Below, piece by piece: positions 51,857-62,075 of a stretch of DNA of 64,000 bases; positions within the stretch are counted from its first letter, which is position 1, and each line of letters opens with the position of its first letter. The stretch is from positions 1,760,001 to 1,824,000 of the forward strand of contig CBDDDZ010000005.1 in the NCBI GenBank assembly GCA_965226795.1, in the 5' to 3' direction. Source of the DNA: Candidatus Latescibacterota bacterium. Its GTDB lineage: Bacteria > Latescibacterota > UBA2968 > GCA-2709665. The position numbers and the translations under genes are program-made. Under the pieces are notes generated by a model that had not been told where the DNA came from, searched no databases, and was given only the letters and a program-made list of their open reading frames with translations.

Positions 51857-54619
51857 ATGTCAAAACGCGCCCTCAAGTTTCTTCTTCCTCTGGCCGGATT
51901 GCTTCTGGGATACACGGGCCTTCGCCTGATTGTCTTCTTTTATACCGACTGGCTCTGGTTTCAGAACCTCGGATACGGATCCGTTCTCGTCACCACGGCA
52001 TTCGCCCGCCTTCTTGCCTTTCTCGGCTTTGGAACCGCCTTTGCGGTCTTGGCGGCAGTTAACGTCTACATTGCGCACAAGTATGGCCGGCACACCCGCG
52101 AGATGCCTCTCGAGGTCCTTGCCGCCGACGTCGAACCGGTTCTGCCGGAACGACGTAAGCGCCAGTTACTCCTCTGGTCAGGCACAATAGCCCTGTTAAC
52201 GGGCGTCGCCGGCCTGATCGGCGCCGCGGCCTGGATGCCGTTGCTGCGTTACTTCTATCCCATTCCATTCGGATTCACCGACCCTGTTTTCAACAACGAT
52301 CTCAGCTTTTACTTCTTCAGCCTCCCCGTGTACAACTTTGTGCAGGGCTGGTTGGCATTCACCGTTATCCTTACCATCATCCTTGTCAGCTTCTCATATC
52401 ACCAGGACCGCGCACTTCGTAAAGCAGAACGAGGCTGGTCATCCACACCGTATGTCCGCGCCCACCTCTCCGTCCTGGCGGCAATTCTCGCGTTCGTCTG
52501 CGCCTGGTGGTACTGGCTCAGGGAATACGAAATCCTCTATTCCTTTCGCAAAGATGCCTTCTTCGGCGCCGGATATACCGACGTCCACGTTCAGGTATTC
52601 GCCTATCGGTTGATGATGGTCCTCTCCATCCTTCTCGGCGCTCTGCTGTTGTACAACCTGCGCGAAAAAAAATGGTGGCCGTTCGCGTACGGCGGCAGCG
52701 CCTATTTCTCGGCAATTCTTCTGCTCAGCTGGCTATTTCCAATTCTCTTTGAGCAAATCGTGGTAAAACCCGACGAATTGAGACTTGAAGAACCCTACAT
52801 TCGGCGAACCATTGAATACACGCAGAGGGCGTACGGGCTGGATCGGATCGAAGAAGTCCCGTTTCCGGCGGAGTCCGATCTGAGTTTCGAGGATATCCGG
52901 AACAATATGCCCACCATCCGCAACATCCCCCTCTGGGACCGCCGACCCCTGATCGCAACCTACAGCCAGCTTCAGGAAATCCGGTCCTACTATCGTTTCG
53001 GCAGTGTCGACGTGGACCGCTATTCCATCAACGGCGAATACCAGCAAGTGCTGATAGCCGCGCGCGAATTCTCACGAGAACAGTTCGCAATTCAGGGGGA
53101 AACCTGGGTCAACCGCCACCTGGTCTACACACACGGTTACGGCTTCTGCATGAGCCCGGCGAATAAAATCGGCGAAGAGGGCCTTCCGGAATTCTATGTC
53201 AAAGACATCCCGCCCAGCCCGTCGGTAGACATCCTGGTCGATCGCCCCGAGATCTATTATGGCGAAGCCATTCAGGATTACGTGATTGTCAATACCAGGA
53301 CCGAGGAATTCGACTACCCTCGCGGCGACGAAAACGCTTACACCACCTACCAGGGTATTGGCGGTGTGCCCGTCAATTCGTTCCTTCACCGGCTCCTGTT
53401 CGCCCTGCGCTTCGGGGATCCGTATCTGCTGGTCACGAAGAACCTGAAGCCCGAAAGCCGAATACAATTCGACCGGCACATCGGTCGTCGTTTTCGGGAC
53501 GAAGGCCCCAAGCGGTTCCAGAAACTGGCACCATATCTCCGTTTCGACAAAGACCCCTATCTCGTCACGGTGAACGGACGACTTGTCTGGATACAGGACG
53601 CCTATACCGAAAGCAACATGTACCCATACGCCGAGCCCTACGGCAGACCCTATGTGCGTGAAGCCAACTACATCCGCAACGCCGTCAAGGCCACCCTCGA
53701 TGCCTATGATGGCACCGTCACGTTTTACGTGTGGGATCCGGACGATCCGCTGATCCGATCCTACATGGAGATTTTCCCGGATCTCTATCGGCCGAAGGAG
53801 GCCATGCCCGAGGCCCTGCGCGCCCACGTCCGATACCCGGCAGACCTGTTTGAAATCCAGGCGTCTCTCTACAACACGTACCATATGGCCTCACCCCAGG
53901 TGTTTTACAACCGTGAAGACGTCTGGGAACCGGCCATGGAAATTTACGGAGTTTCCGAACGCCCGCGGGTTATGGCGCCCTATTACATCATCGTCAAACT
54001 GCCGGACGCCAACCGGGAGGAGTTCGTGTTGATGCTGCCGGCCACCCCCGCCGGAAGAGCCAACATGATCGCGTGGCTTCTCGCCCGATGCGACGGGCCC
54101 AACTATGGACGGCTTATGGTATACAAGCTGCCCAAGGAAAAACTCATTTACGGTCCCATGTTGATCGAACGCCGTATCGATCAGGATACGGAGGTCTCAC
54201 GGGAGATTACGCTATGGAGCCAGAGGGGTTCGGACGTGCTCCGAGGCAACCTTCTCGTCGTTCCCATCGAAAACGGCTTCATCTACGTTGAACCGCTCTA
54301 CCTGAGGGCCACACAGAGCGGTATGCCCGAACTGAAGCGGGTATTGGTGGCGAACGGCGATAGACTCGCAATGGCCGAAAACCTGGAAGAGGCGTTGTAT
54401 CTGGCCTTCGACGAGCAAGGAACCGTCCCGGATTTCCGTCACCACCCTGCGCAGACAACGACGGGTTTTCGAATATTGAGCCAAACCGCCCTCACGCAGT
54501 TCGACACGGCACAGTCCCGACTTCGAAAGGGAGACTTCGCGGGCTATGGAGAAACGGTACAGAGCCTGCGGAAGACACTTCAACAACTGTGGAACGAGGC
54601 GGAGACAGAGGGAAAATAA
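51857..54619 (+). CDS. UPF0182 family membrane protein
   Basis: YTDWLWF..LGY, DPVFNNDLSFYFF, NIPLWD, VDVDRY, WVNRHLVYTHGYG, NYIRNAVKA, RGNLLVVP. Confidence 0.95.
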   Translation: MSKRALKFLLPLAGLLLGYTGLRLIVFFYTDWLWFQNLGYGSVLVTTAFARLLAFLGFGTAFAVLAAVNVYIAHKYGRHTREMPLEVLAADVEPVLPERRKRQLLLWSGTIALLTGVAGLIGAAAWMPLLRYFYPIPFGFTDPVFNNDLSFYFFSLPVYNFVQGWLAFTVILTIILVSFSYHQDRALRKAERGWSSTPYVRAHLSVLAAILAFVCAWWYWLREYEILYSFRKDAFFGAGYTDVHVQVFAYRLMMVLSILLGALLLYNLREKKWWPFAYGGSAYFSAILLLSWLFPILFEQIVVKPDELRLEEPYIRRTIEYTQRAYGLDRIEEVPFPAESDLSFEDIRNNMPTIRNIPLWDRRPLIATYSQLQEIRSYYRFGSVDVDRYSINGEYQQVLIAAREFSREQFAIQGETWVNRHLVYTHGYGFCMSPANKIGEEGLPEFYVKDIPPSPSVDILVDRPEIYYGEAIQDYVIVNTRTEEFDYPRGDENAYTTYQGIGGVPVNSFLHRLLFALRFGDPYLLVTKNLKPESRIQFDRHIGRRFRDEGPKRFQKLAPYLRFDKDPYLVTVNGRLVWIQDAYTESNMYPYAEPYGRPYVREANYIRNAVKATLDAYDGTVTFYVWDPDDPLIRSYMEIFPDLYRPKEAMPEALRAHVRYPADLFEIQASLYNTYHMASPQVFYNREDVWEPAMEIYGVSERPRVMAPYYIIVKLPDANREEFVLMLPATPAGRANMIAWLLARCDGPNYGRLMVYKLPKEKLIYGPMLIERRIDQDTEVSREITLWSQRGSDVLRGNLLVVPIENGFIYVEPLYLRATQSGMPELKRVLVANGDRLAMAENLEEALYLAFDEQGTVPDFRHHPAQTTTGFRILSQTALTQFDTAQSRLRKGDFAGYGETVQSLRKTLQQLWNEAETEGK

Positions 54620-54623
54620 GAGG

Positions 54624-55538
54624 ATGGCGGATGTCAATGCATCCAAATGGGCTTCGCTGACAACAGAACAGCGAAATCCCGCCAGCGCCTGTATCGACGA
54701 GGCATCCACCCTGCAGATCCTGGAGCTCCTCAACGAGGAAGACCAGAGGGTCCCGCGAGCTGTGAATGCCGTTTTATCGCAGGTCTCGGAAGCCGTAGAG
54801 CTCGTGGCCCGTGCGCTGAGGAACGGCGGCCGGCTCTTCTATGTCGGCGCCGGAACCAGTGGCCGGCTCGGTGTCATGGATGCCGCAGAGTGCCCGCCCA
54901 CGTTCGGAACCCCGCCTGAAACGGTACAGGGCATTATCGCGGGGGGCGAAGGCGCGCTTCTGCGTGCAGCGGAACGCGCCGAGGACCGTCCGGAAAACGG
55001 CGCGTCTGAACTACGCCGGCGACATCTGTCGGCGCGGGATATCGTCATGGGAATCGCCGCCAGCGGTGTGACGCCCTTTGTGCTGGGGGCGCTCGCCTAC
55101 GCCCGCCGCAAGAGCGCGGCAACCGTCTTTTTCACCTGCAACCCACAAGCGGCGGGCCGGGTCGACGCGGAGATCAAGATTGTACCGGAAGTCGGTCCGG
55201 AAGCTATCACCGGTTCCACCCGCCTGAAGGCCGGTACCGCGACCAAACTCGTACTGAACATGATCACGACGGCAACCATGGTGAGGCTGGGCAAGGTGTA
55301 CGGAAATCTGATGGTGGACCTTACACCCACCTGCGCAAAACTGAATGACCGCGCCCAGCGGATCCTGATGGAAACAACAGGACTCTCCCGCGAAGACAGC
55401 AGCCGTTTGCTCACTGCGGCCGGAGACGTCAAAACGGCCATCGTGATGTCAAAAAGGGCCGTCTCAAAGGAGACGGCCCGTCAATTGCTCGTAGAGAACG
55501 ACGGCATCGTAAAACTCGCGCTGGGGGACAGATCCTGA
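54624..55538 (+). CDS. murQ: N-acetylmuramic acid 6-phosphate etherase
   Basis: TEQRN, GAGTSGRLGVMDAAECPPTFG, GPEAITGSTRLKAGTATK, NLMVD. Confidence 0.97.
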   Translation: MADVNASKWASLTTEQRNPASACIDEASTLQILELLNEEDQRVPRAVNAVLSQVSEAVELVARALRNGGRLFYVGAGTSGRLGVMDAAECPPTFGTPPETVQGIIAGGEGALLRAAERAEDRPENGASELRRRHLSARDIVMGIAASGVTPFVLGALAYARRKSAATVFFTCNPQAAGRVDAEIKIVPEVGPEAITGSTRLKAGTATKLVLNMITTATMVRLGKVYGNLMVDLTPTCAKLNDRAQRILMETTGLSREDSSRLLTAAGDVKTAIVMSKRAVSKETARQLLVENDGIVKLALGDRS

Positions 55539-55541
55539 TTC

Positions 55542-57092
55542 CTATCGCGCGCGCGCAGATTTTTCACCAATTGTGCTGTAGAAGGCCTTGACCATCCGAT
55601 CCAGATGTCCTTTGGCATTTTCCGCCGCGCCTCTATCGATTGCAAACTCGGACTTGCCCACCAGCTTTAGACCGTGCCCGTAATCGTCGAACAGTGTATG
55701 GCAGAGCGCCTCAACCGACACGCCGTCGCGAGCGGCGGTTTCGGCCAAAACCGCCTTTGCGGAATCCGAAAACGTCAACGAAATTTCATACGTATCCAGA
55801 AAATCCGCAACATAAGACGAGATATCCCGGTGGACAAGCAACTGTCGCAACTCCAGTGTCGGGTTTTCCACAACATCGGCGGTAACGGTAAACGAACGGA
55901 TGTCGGTTGACGGAAGCGCTTTTTCGAATTTCAACAGCGCCCGTTCACTGACACTCACGAGCGCTCGCGCCCCCGTCTGTTCCGTAGACGCCTGTTCGGC
56001 CAGTCGGCGCAACGCGGCGTCTTCGAAGCTCACTTCAATTCCATAGGCCAGGAAATCCCGCTTCTTTCCAAGAATGACCGAACTTGTCGGACTCTTCAGG
56101 ATCTGATATAAATCCTCAACTGAAAGCGGCTCGAGCACGGCCACGACCGGCAGTCGCCCCACGAATTCGGATTCGAAACCGAACGCGATAAGGTCTTCCG
56201 TGATCGCCTGTTTCAAATAGGACATACGGTTCGCTTCATGGTTCTGCACCCGCTCCGTTTCGGCCTTGAATCCCATGCTGTTGCGATTGAGACGGCGTTT
56301 GATCAGATCCTCGAATCCGTTGAACGCGCCGCTTACGATAAAGAGTATATTTCGTGTGTTAATTTTCTTGCGTTCCATTTTTCCGCTTTGCTGATACTGC
56401 ATCATGGCTTCCATCTGCGAAGCCATGTCATGAGGCGCTTTCAGGTCCACCTCGGTCTCTTCCATCAACTTTAACAGATTGCGCTGAACGCCGCTTCGCG
56501 AGACGTCCGGGCCCACCAGGTTGGGGGTTGAAGCGATCTTGTCGATCTCGTCCACGTAGATGATACCGTACTGGGCCTTCTCAATGCTGCCGCCGGCCGC
56601 GCGCACCAATTCGCGCACCAGGTCTTCGACATCGCCGCCCACATATCCGGTTTCACTGAACTTGGTTGCATCGCCCTTCACGAAAGGAACGCCGATACGA
56701 TGGGCGATCAATTTGATGAGATACGTCTTACCCACCCCCGTCGGACCGATCAGCAGGATGTTGTTTTTGATGTTACCGACGGAACGGTGTTCGAATTCAG
56801 GATCTTTCCGATCCAGTTTCATCCGGTTGAAGTGGGTGCAGATCTTGGTGGCTAACACTTCCTTTGCCTCGTCCTGTCTGATCACGTACTCATCAAGAAA
56901 GGCCTCGAGTTCCACCGGCTTCAGGTCAAAGTCAATCGTCTCATCCTGCGTTTCCTTTGTATGCGGACCTTCATTGCTCCCTTCGGCCTCCGCCTGTGGA
57001 AATACAACCTGAGCGCCATACTTCTGTTCGATAAGTTCTTTGAGATCTTTCTGCAGTTCCTTGGGATTCACGGGTCGTTGTTCCGGCATCAT
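55542..57092 (-). CDS. ClpX-like AAA+ ATPase lacking the N-terminal Zn-binding domain, with a C-terminal extension
   Basis: GPTGVGKT, GYVG pore loop, IIYVDEIDKI, DVSRSGVQ, MGF (IGF-like), GARAL; no CxxC N-domain. Confidence 0.88.
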   Translation of the reverse strand: MMPEQRPVNPKELQKDLKELIEQKYGAQVVFPQAEAEGSNEGPHTKETQDETIDFDLKPVELEAFLDEYVIRQDEAKEVLATKICTHFNRMKLDRKDPEFEHRSVGNIKNNILLIGPTGVGKTYLIKLIAHRIGVPFVKGDATKFSETGYVGGDVEDLVRELVRAAGGSIEKAQYGIIYVDEIDKIASTPNLVGPDVSRSGVQRNLLKLMEETEVDLKAPHDMASQMEAMMQYQQSGKMERKKINTRNILFIVSGAFNGFEDLIKRRLNRNSMGFKAETERVQNHEANRMSYLKQAITEDLIAFGFESEFVGRLPVVAVLEPLSVEDLYQILKSPTSSVILGKKRDFLAYGIEVSFEDAALRRLAEQASTEQTGARALVSVSERALLKFEKALPSTDIRSFTVTADVVENPTLELRQLLVHRDISSYVADFLDTYEISLTFSDSAKAVLAETAARDGVSVEALCHTLFDDYGHGLKLVGKSEFAIDRGAAENAKGHLDRMVKAFYSTIGEKSARAR

Positions 57093-57152
57093 TCACCATC
57101 TCCACATTTGGGCCGCTAAAATCGGCATCCGACTCACTTTCATGGCCGTGTA

Positions 57153-57181
57153 AGGATACCAGGTCCAGCCAGAAATGTCAA
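57153..57181 (-). promoter_or_regulatory. candidate sigma70 promoter for the ClpX-like gene
   Basis: TTGACA-17 nt-TATCCT. Confidence 0.6.
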
Positions 57182-57210
57182 GAAGTTCAACGCTTTTCAA
57201 TCCCTCACCG

Positions 57211-57389
57211 GTTCCTGATGCCGGACCGACGTTCCGGCATACGAATCCTTTGGCGGTCTCAGGTCTTCGTTCAGCAGGGCACACCGGTTCGCTCGCGCTG
57301 TCGATTCCTGTAATGGGGGCCGGGGGGAATCAAATGATCCCAATCGCGGTGCCCGCAGTATGTAAACCACGGGCTCACACTTCAGAACT
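57211..57389. ncRNA. possible structured RNA (~180 nt) in the clpX-like/rqcH spacer; identity unknown
   Basis: Ends can pair (GTTCCTGA / TCAGAAC), inner stem GGGCACACCG / CGGTGCCC, hairpin ATGCCGGA / TCCGGCAT, GATTCC / GGAATC. Confidence 0.25.
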
Positions 57390-57408
57390 CTGATGCGGAT
57401 GTTGGCTT

Positions 57409-59136
57409 ATGAACCTCAGCTACTTCACACTGCGACGCCTGAGCCACGAACTGAACGAAATTCTGCCGGGAAAACGCGTCCGGCACGCCGTCCTTTCAGG
57501 AACGCACGAACTTATTCTCGAAACAAACGACGGTATACACCTGCTGCTCTCTGCCTCGCCCGCCACAGGCCGCCTGCAGTTTGTACACCGGCTTCCCGCG
57601 GCCGCACAGCCCCCACCGCCGTGGGTCGAACACCACCTTTTCAACAGCGTAATCCGTGAGATCTCTCAAATCCCGCTGGAGCGCATCCTTTCATTCACCA
57701 TGCGCAAACGCGATCGACTGGGTGGAGAACGCAAATATCGCCTGTACGTTGAGATGATCCACCGGCACAATAACGTCATCCTGACGTCGGAACCGGATCA
57801 GCGTATATTGGGGGCGCTGCGCAGGATGGGCGGAAAAGTGAACCGCCAGCGGCGAATTCTGCCAGGACAACCCTATCGGCCTCCGCCCGCACAGGACAGA
57901 ATTTCGCCGTATGAACTCACGCCCTCCGACCTCGCCAGTGCGTTCCGGCAACAGGCAGACCAGCCCGTCCGGACCCTCGCAAATGCCGTTGCCGGACTGG
58001 ACATCCTGACAGCCGCATCGCTGATTGCCGAAGCCGGCGTCAATCAGAACGCGGAACCAGCGCCCGAGGCGATCGAGTATCTGGCCAGCCGAATCCATTC
58101 TGTGTTTGCCCGACCACCCTTTCTGGAAAGACCCGAAATAGTGAGCATTCCTGATCACCCGCCGTCCATCCGAATCCTGAGTCTACCACACAGGCCGGGC
58201 GACGTGAAACACGTCTGCACATCCGTCACCGAAGCAATCGAGCGGCTCGTCGAGTCGGAAGAAAACCGGCAACACGCCAACTCAGACCGGCGCGTCATGT
58301 TCACGGAACTGAACCGGCGCCGCACATCACTCAAGAACAAGACCTTACGTATCCAGACCGATCTTGACGATTCGGGGAAAGCCGAACTTTACACGAAATA
58401 CGGGCATATCCTTATGGCAGGGCTGCACAGGATCCGCCTCGGAGACGCGTCCGTTACTCTTCCCGACGTGTACAATCCGGCGGGGCCGCCTGCTACCATC
58501 CCGCTTAAAACCAATAAACTGCCGCATGAGAATGCCGCCGCCTACCTGAAACGTAGCCGCAAGGCGGAAAAGGCGCGTCCCATCCTCACGCGACGCCTGG
58601 AAGCCACGCGAACGGAACACGCAACGGTCGAAGCCCTTCTGGAGCGTCTCGAAAAAACCATCAGCCAGGATGAGTTAACGATACTTCGGAACGAATTGAC
58701 GGAAACCGGATGGCTGAAGAGTCGCAAACGGAAACCGACCTCCGGCAGAAACGTCCCGTCCGAAACAAATCCCAGACGTTACCTGACCTCGGACGGGTGG
58801 ACCATTCTGGTGGGCCGCAACAACGTCGAGAACGACCGGCTCACGAAAGCCTCGGCCAAAGACGACCTCTTTTTTCATGCCCAGGGATGCCCGGGTTCGC
58901 ACGTCATCCTTCGGCGTGAAGGAAAACACCAGCGGCCCTCCGACACCGCTCTAAGGGAAGCCGCAAGCCTGGCCGCCTACTGGAGCAAAGCCCGGCATTC
59001 AAAGACCGTGCCAGTAAATTGCACCGAGGTCCGGTACGTACAAAAACCCCGAGGCGCCGCCCCGGGGCTCGTCACAATCCGTAATGAAACCACCCTTTTT
59101 GCTGCCCCCCATCAGCTCAAGAGAACCGAAGCGTAG
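57409..59136 (+). CDS. rqcH: Rqc2/NFACT family ribosome quality-control protein (RqcH/FbpA)
   Basis: LERIL, VEM..RHNNVIL, ILPGQPY, ENAAAY, GRNNVENDRLT, FHAQGCPGSHVIL, AASLAAYWSK, KPRGAAPG. Confidence 0.9.
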   Translation: MNLSYFTLRRLSHELNEILPGKRVRHAVLSGTHELILETNDGIHLLLSASPATGRLQFVHRLPAAAQPPPPWVEHHLFNSVIREISQIPLERILSFTMRKRDRLGGERKYRLYVEMIHRHNNVILTSEPDQRILGALRRMGGKVNRQRRILPGQPYRPPPAQDRISPYELTPSDLASAFRQQADQPVRTLANAVAGLDILTAASLIAEAGVNQNAEPAPEAIEYLASRIHSVFARPPFLERPEIVSIPDHPPSIRILSLPHRPGDVKHVCTSVTEAIERLVESEENRQHANSDRRVMFTELNRRRTSLKNKTLRIQTDLDDSGKAELYTKYGHILMAGLHRIRLGDASVTLPDVYNPAGPPATIPLKTNKLPHENAAAYLKRSRKAEKARPILTRRLEATRTEHATVEALLERLEKTISQDELTILRNELTETGWLKSRKRKPTSGRNVPSETNPRRYLTSDGWTILVGRNNVENDRLTKASAKDDLFFHAQGCPGSHVILRREGKHQRPSDTALREAASLAAYWSKARHSKTVPVNCTEVRYVQKPRGAAPGLVTIRNETTLFAAPHQLKRTEA

Positions 59137-59170
59137 CACGGGGGCGCGGGCAAGCCACCCCGGCCATACC

Positions 59171-59935
59171 CTACCAGATTTTCGTATAATACACCAACCG
59201 GACCTGACGATCGATACTCTTCGACCGCTTGCCGTCGCGAAACAGGTTCTTGACATCCACTTCGAGATTCAGCCGATCGGAAGGCATCCAGCGCCCGCCC
59301 AGATTCAGCCTCCCTCTGCCCGAACCCAGCGAATTGTCTTCGTTGTCGTTGATCGCGAAGTCGTATTCCACTAACAATGCAAAGGCGCGCTTCACCTCGA
59401 CATCGGCGCCCAAAAACCCCGAAAAATCCCCGTCCCCGTCTCCATCCTCCAGGCTGCGATTCAATCCGGCGTGGACCCCCATATCTCCAAGCGGCATCCC
59501 GTAGTTCTTGCTCGCCACCCCATAAAAGCCCTTGGACTTGACCGCATATCGCTTCAGTCCCTCGTCGTACTCCCCGTATCCCTGGGAATGATAGCCCACG
59601 GCAACGGCCGGAATCTTCAACTCCTCCTCGATCACCCGGACACGGCCCGCCACCTCCACTCGTGGATTCCACGCGGCCTCACGGCTGCCCACAAGATGCT
59701 GTCCGCCGAATGAAACCCCTATACTGACACGATTGTGGACGCCGACTTCGATTTGAGAGAGAATGCCGCTATCGCCATACAATCGCAGATCCGCGGACAG
59801 GCGACCTGCAGGCAGCATGCCGGCGGTTGGCCCATCCACCAGCCATCGTGGCACATTCCCCTGGGCAATGGCCAAGTCGCAATTCCCCCAACAGACGGCA
59901 AACAACAGCAACATCCACCTCGCGTACCGTATCAT
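59171..59935 (-). CDS. exported, probably outer-membrane beta-barrel protein (YjbH-like)
   Basis: Signal peptide, LVDGPTAGMLP, alternating amphipathic strands, LNLGGRW, C-terminal aromatic residue. Confidence 0.65.
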   Translation of the reverse strand: MIRYARWMLLLFAVCWGNCDLAIAQGNVPRWLVDGPTAGMLPAGRLSADLRLYGDSGILSQIEVGVHNRVSIGVSFGGQHLVGSREAAWNPRVEVAGRVRVIEEELKIPAVAVGYHSQGYGEYDEGLKRYAVKSKGFYGVASKNYGMPLGDMGVHAGLNRSLEDGDGDGDFSGFLGADVEVKRAFALLVEYDFAINDNEDNSLGSGRGRLNLGGRWMPSDRLNLEVDVKNLFRDGKRSKSIDRQVRLVYYTKIW

Positions 59936-60387
59936 GTGCCTTCTCCATAGTCAAGTATGAATCTGCGTGAATCGGATTCCGGAGTTTCAATCTGGATGCG
60001 CAGCGTCCGCTCCGGAAGCAGCGATCCGGCGCGCTCGGCCCATTCGATCAGACAGATGCCGTTGCCGGCAAGGTAATCATCCCATCCCAGGTCGATGAGG
60101 GCCTCGACATCAGGGAGCCTGTACAGATCGAAGTGGTAGATCGGTATTGGACGCGACGCGACGTCTCTGCCCAGGTATTCATTCACCAGGATGAACGTGG
60201 GACTGGTCACCCGGTCCGACACGTTCAACCCTTCACAGATGCCCTGTGCAAGGCAGGTCTTGCCGCTGCCGAGTTCTCCGATCAGTCCGACACAGTCACC
60301 TGGCCGCAAACGAACGGACAACTTCCTGCCGAACGCTCGCGTCTGTTCCGGCGACGTGGTGTTGAATTCGGCCCTTGAGTTCCGCAT
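59932..60387 (-). CDS. tsaE: tRNA threonylcarbamoyladenosine biosynthesis ATPase
   Basis: GELGSGKT, VTSPTF, YHFDLYRL, IEWAE. Confidence 0.96.
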   Translation of the reverse strand: MRNSRAEFNTTSPEQTRAFGRKLSVRLRPGDCVGLIGELGSGKTCLAQGICEGLNVSDRVTSPTFILVNEYLGRDVASRPIPIYHFDLYRLPDVEALIDLGWDDYLAGNGICLIEWAERAGSLLPERTLRIQIETPESDSRRFILDYGEGT

Positions 60388-60498
60388 CGGGATACGTTAC
60401 GAGGGTGCGTTGAGGCGTCGCGAATAATCCACGTGTCGAGTGGCCATGCAAACCCTGCTCCTGGCAGTCGGAAGCAAACGCGAGAAATGCGCACTCGG

Positions 60499-62055
60499 TC
60501 ATTTGCCTCTCATAACCGCAACCGGCAGGACCATCTCCTCAAGTGAAATACCGCCGTGCTGGAAACTATTCGCGTAATACCTCTGGTATTCGTTGAATTT
60601 CGTGGGATAGACGAAATAATAGTCCTCCCGCGAAATGATGTAGGTGGTGCCTATCCCCAAATCGGGCAGGCGATAGATATCCGGATCCGCAATATAGAGT
60701 GCATGCCGGGTGTCGCACCGAAGGTGTTTGCCGTATTTGTATCGGAGATTGGTCGACGTATCCCGGTTTCCACGGGCAACGGTCGCACGGTTACTCATTA
60801 CGCAGCCGTGGTCGGTTGTCAACACCACCGTGGTATCGGTATCCGCCAGCTTTCGCAACATTTCAAACAATGATGAATGAGAAAACCAGGATCGTCCGAG
60901 CGACCGGTACGCGGACTCGTTTGGCGCCATCTCCTTCAGAATATCCGATTCCGACCTTCCGTGCGCCAGAATATCCAGGAAATTGACCACCACCGACATT
61001 AGCGGGAAAGACCGGTATGAATGCACCTTTTTGACCAGATGGTTGCCCTCGGCAATATCCAGTACCTTGACGTATCGGGTATCCAGCTTCAACGTGGGAT
61101 CCAGTTCCTGAATCTGGCGATCCAGGAGCTGATGCTCGTGCCGGTTTCGGCTGTTGTCGTCGTCCCAACCGGAACGCCACTCCTGCGGATACAACTCGGC
61201 GACGTCACTGGGGAAGAGACCGCTGAAAATGGCGTTTCTGGAATAGGGTGTGGCCGTGGGGAGAATGGAATAGTGGAAGTGTTGCTCTATATTGAACAAT
61301 TCGGACAAAAGCGGTGCGATGGCCAGCCAGTGATCCAATCGCATACAGTCCACAACCACAAGGAACACCTGCTGGCCGTCCTGAAGCGCGGGCAGCACAA
61401 ACTCACTCACGACGTCGACCGACAACACCGGGGAATCCTTATCGTCCTGAAGCCAGTGGGCATAGTGGGTTTCCACGAAGCGTCCGAACTCCCGATTGCA
61501 CGCCCGCCGCAAATCCTCGTGCATCTTTCTCAGGCCGGCATCGTAGAACCGGTCCAATTCCAGATCCCATTCGGAAAGCTTCACATGGATATCGATCCAA
61601 TCCTGCCAGGTCATGTCGCCGGCCATGGACGCACGTATACGATTGGACACGGCGGCATAATCCAATCCCATTCGCCCCGTCACTATCTGACGTGCGTCGA
61701 GCAATTTCTTGCAGGCCGAGAGAATCTGGCTGGGGTTCACCGGCTTCGTCAGATAGTCGTCGATCCGATGGCCCAGCGCTTCCTCCATCAGGCGCTCCTC
61801 TTCATTCTTCGTTATCATGATAATGGGGATATCGGGGTTGATTTCCTTGATCATTGCAAGCGTGGAAAGCCCGCCTCGACCGGCCATCATTTCATCCAGA
61901 AGGACGATGTCGAACCCCCGCTGCTTCACCATCGCAATGGCGTCATCCCCGTTCGTTACCGGCGTAACCTTGTAGCCGCGAGATCCAAGGAAAATCGTAT
62001 GCGGCCTTAAAAGGTCGATTTCGTCGTCTGCCCACAGAACCTGTTTTTCTTTCAT
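60499..62055 (-). CDS. porX: PorX-like response regulator (REC + PglZ/alkaline-phosphatase domain)
   Basis: VLWADDEIDLLRPH, LLDEMM, DYLTKPVNPSQI, DCMRLD, SILPTATPYSRNAIFSG, TTDHG, FQHGGISLEEM. Confidence 0.9.
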   Translation of the reverse strand: MKEKQVLWADDEIDLLRPHTIFLGSRGYKVTPVTNGDDAIAMVKQRGFDIVLLDEMMAGRGGLSTLAMIKEINPDIPIIMITKNEEERLMEEALGHRIDDYLTKPVNPSQILSACKKLLDARQIVTGRMGLDYAAVSNRIRASMAGDMTWQDWIDIHVKLSEWDLELDRFYDAGLRKMHEDLRRACNREFGRFVETHYAHWLQDDKDSPVLSVDVVSEFVLPALQDGQQVFLVVVDCMRLDHWLAIAPLLSELFNIEQHFHYSILPTATPYSRNAIFSGLFPSDVAELYPQEWRSGWDDDNSRNRHEHQLLDRQIQELDPTLKLDTRYVKVLDIAEGNHLVKKVHSYRSFPLMSVVVNFLDILAHGRSESDILKEMAPNESAYRSLGRSWFSHSSLFEMLRKLADTDTTVVLTTDHGCVMSNRATVARGNRDTSTNLRYKYGKHLRCDTRHALYIADPDIYRLPDLGIGTTYIISREDYYFVYPTKFNEYQRYYANSFQHGGISLEEMVLPVAVMRGK

Positions 62056-62075
62056 GACGTTCTTCCTCCCCGCCG

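Noticed and set aside
57259..57278. TCAGGTC...AGCAG resembling the SRP RNA domain IV
   Set aside because: Lacks the CCGGAAGG GNRA-capped stem
57320..57365. GGGAA...GCGGTGCCCGCAGTATGTAA resembling part of a cobalamin riboswitch
   Set aside because: No B12 box, no GCCACTG/GGGAAG elements in the right order, and the downstream gene is not B12-related
60499..62055. PglZ domain as evidence of a BREX system
   Set aside because: It is fused to a REC domain in PorX architecture, and no brx/pglX genes are present
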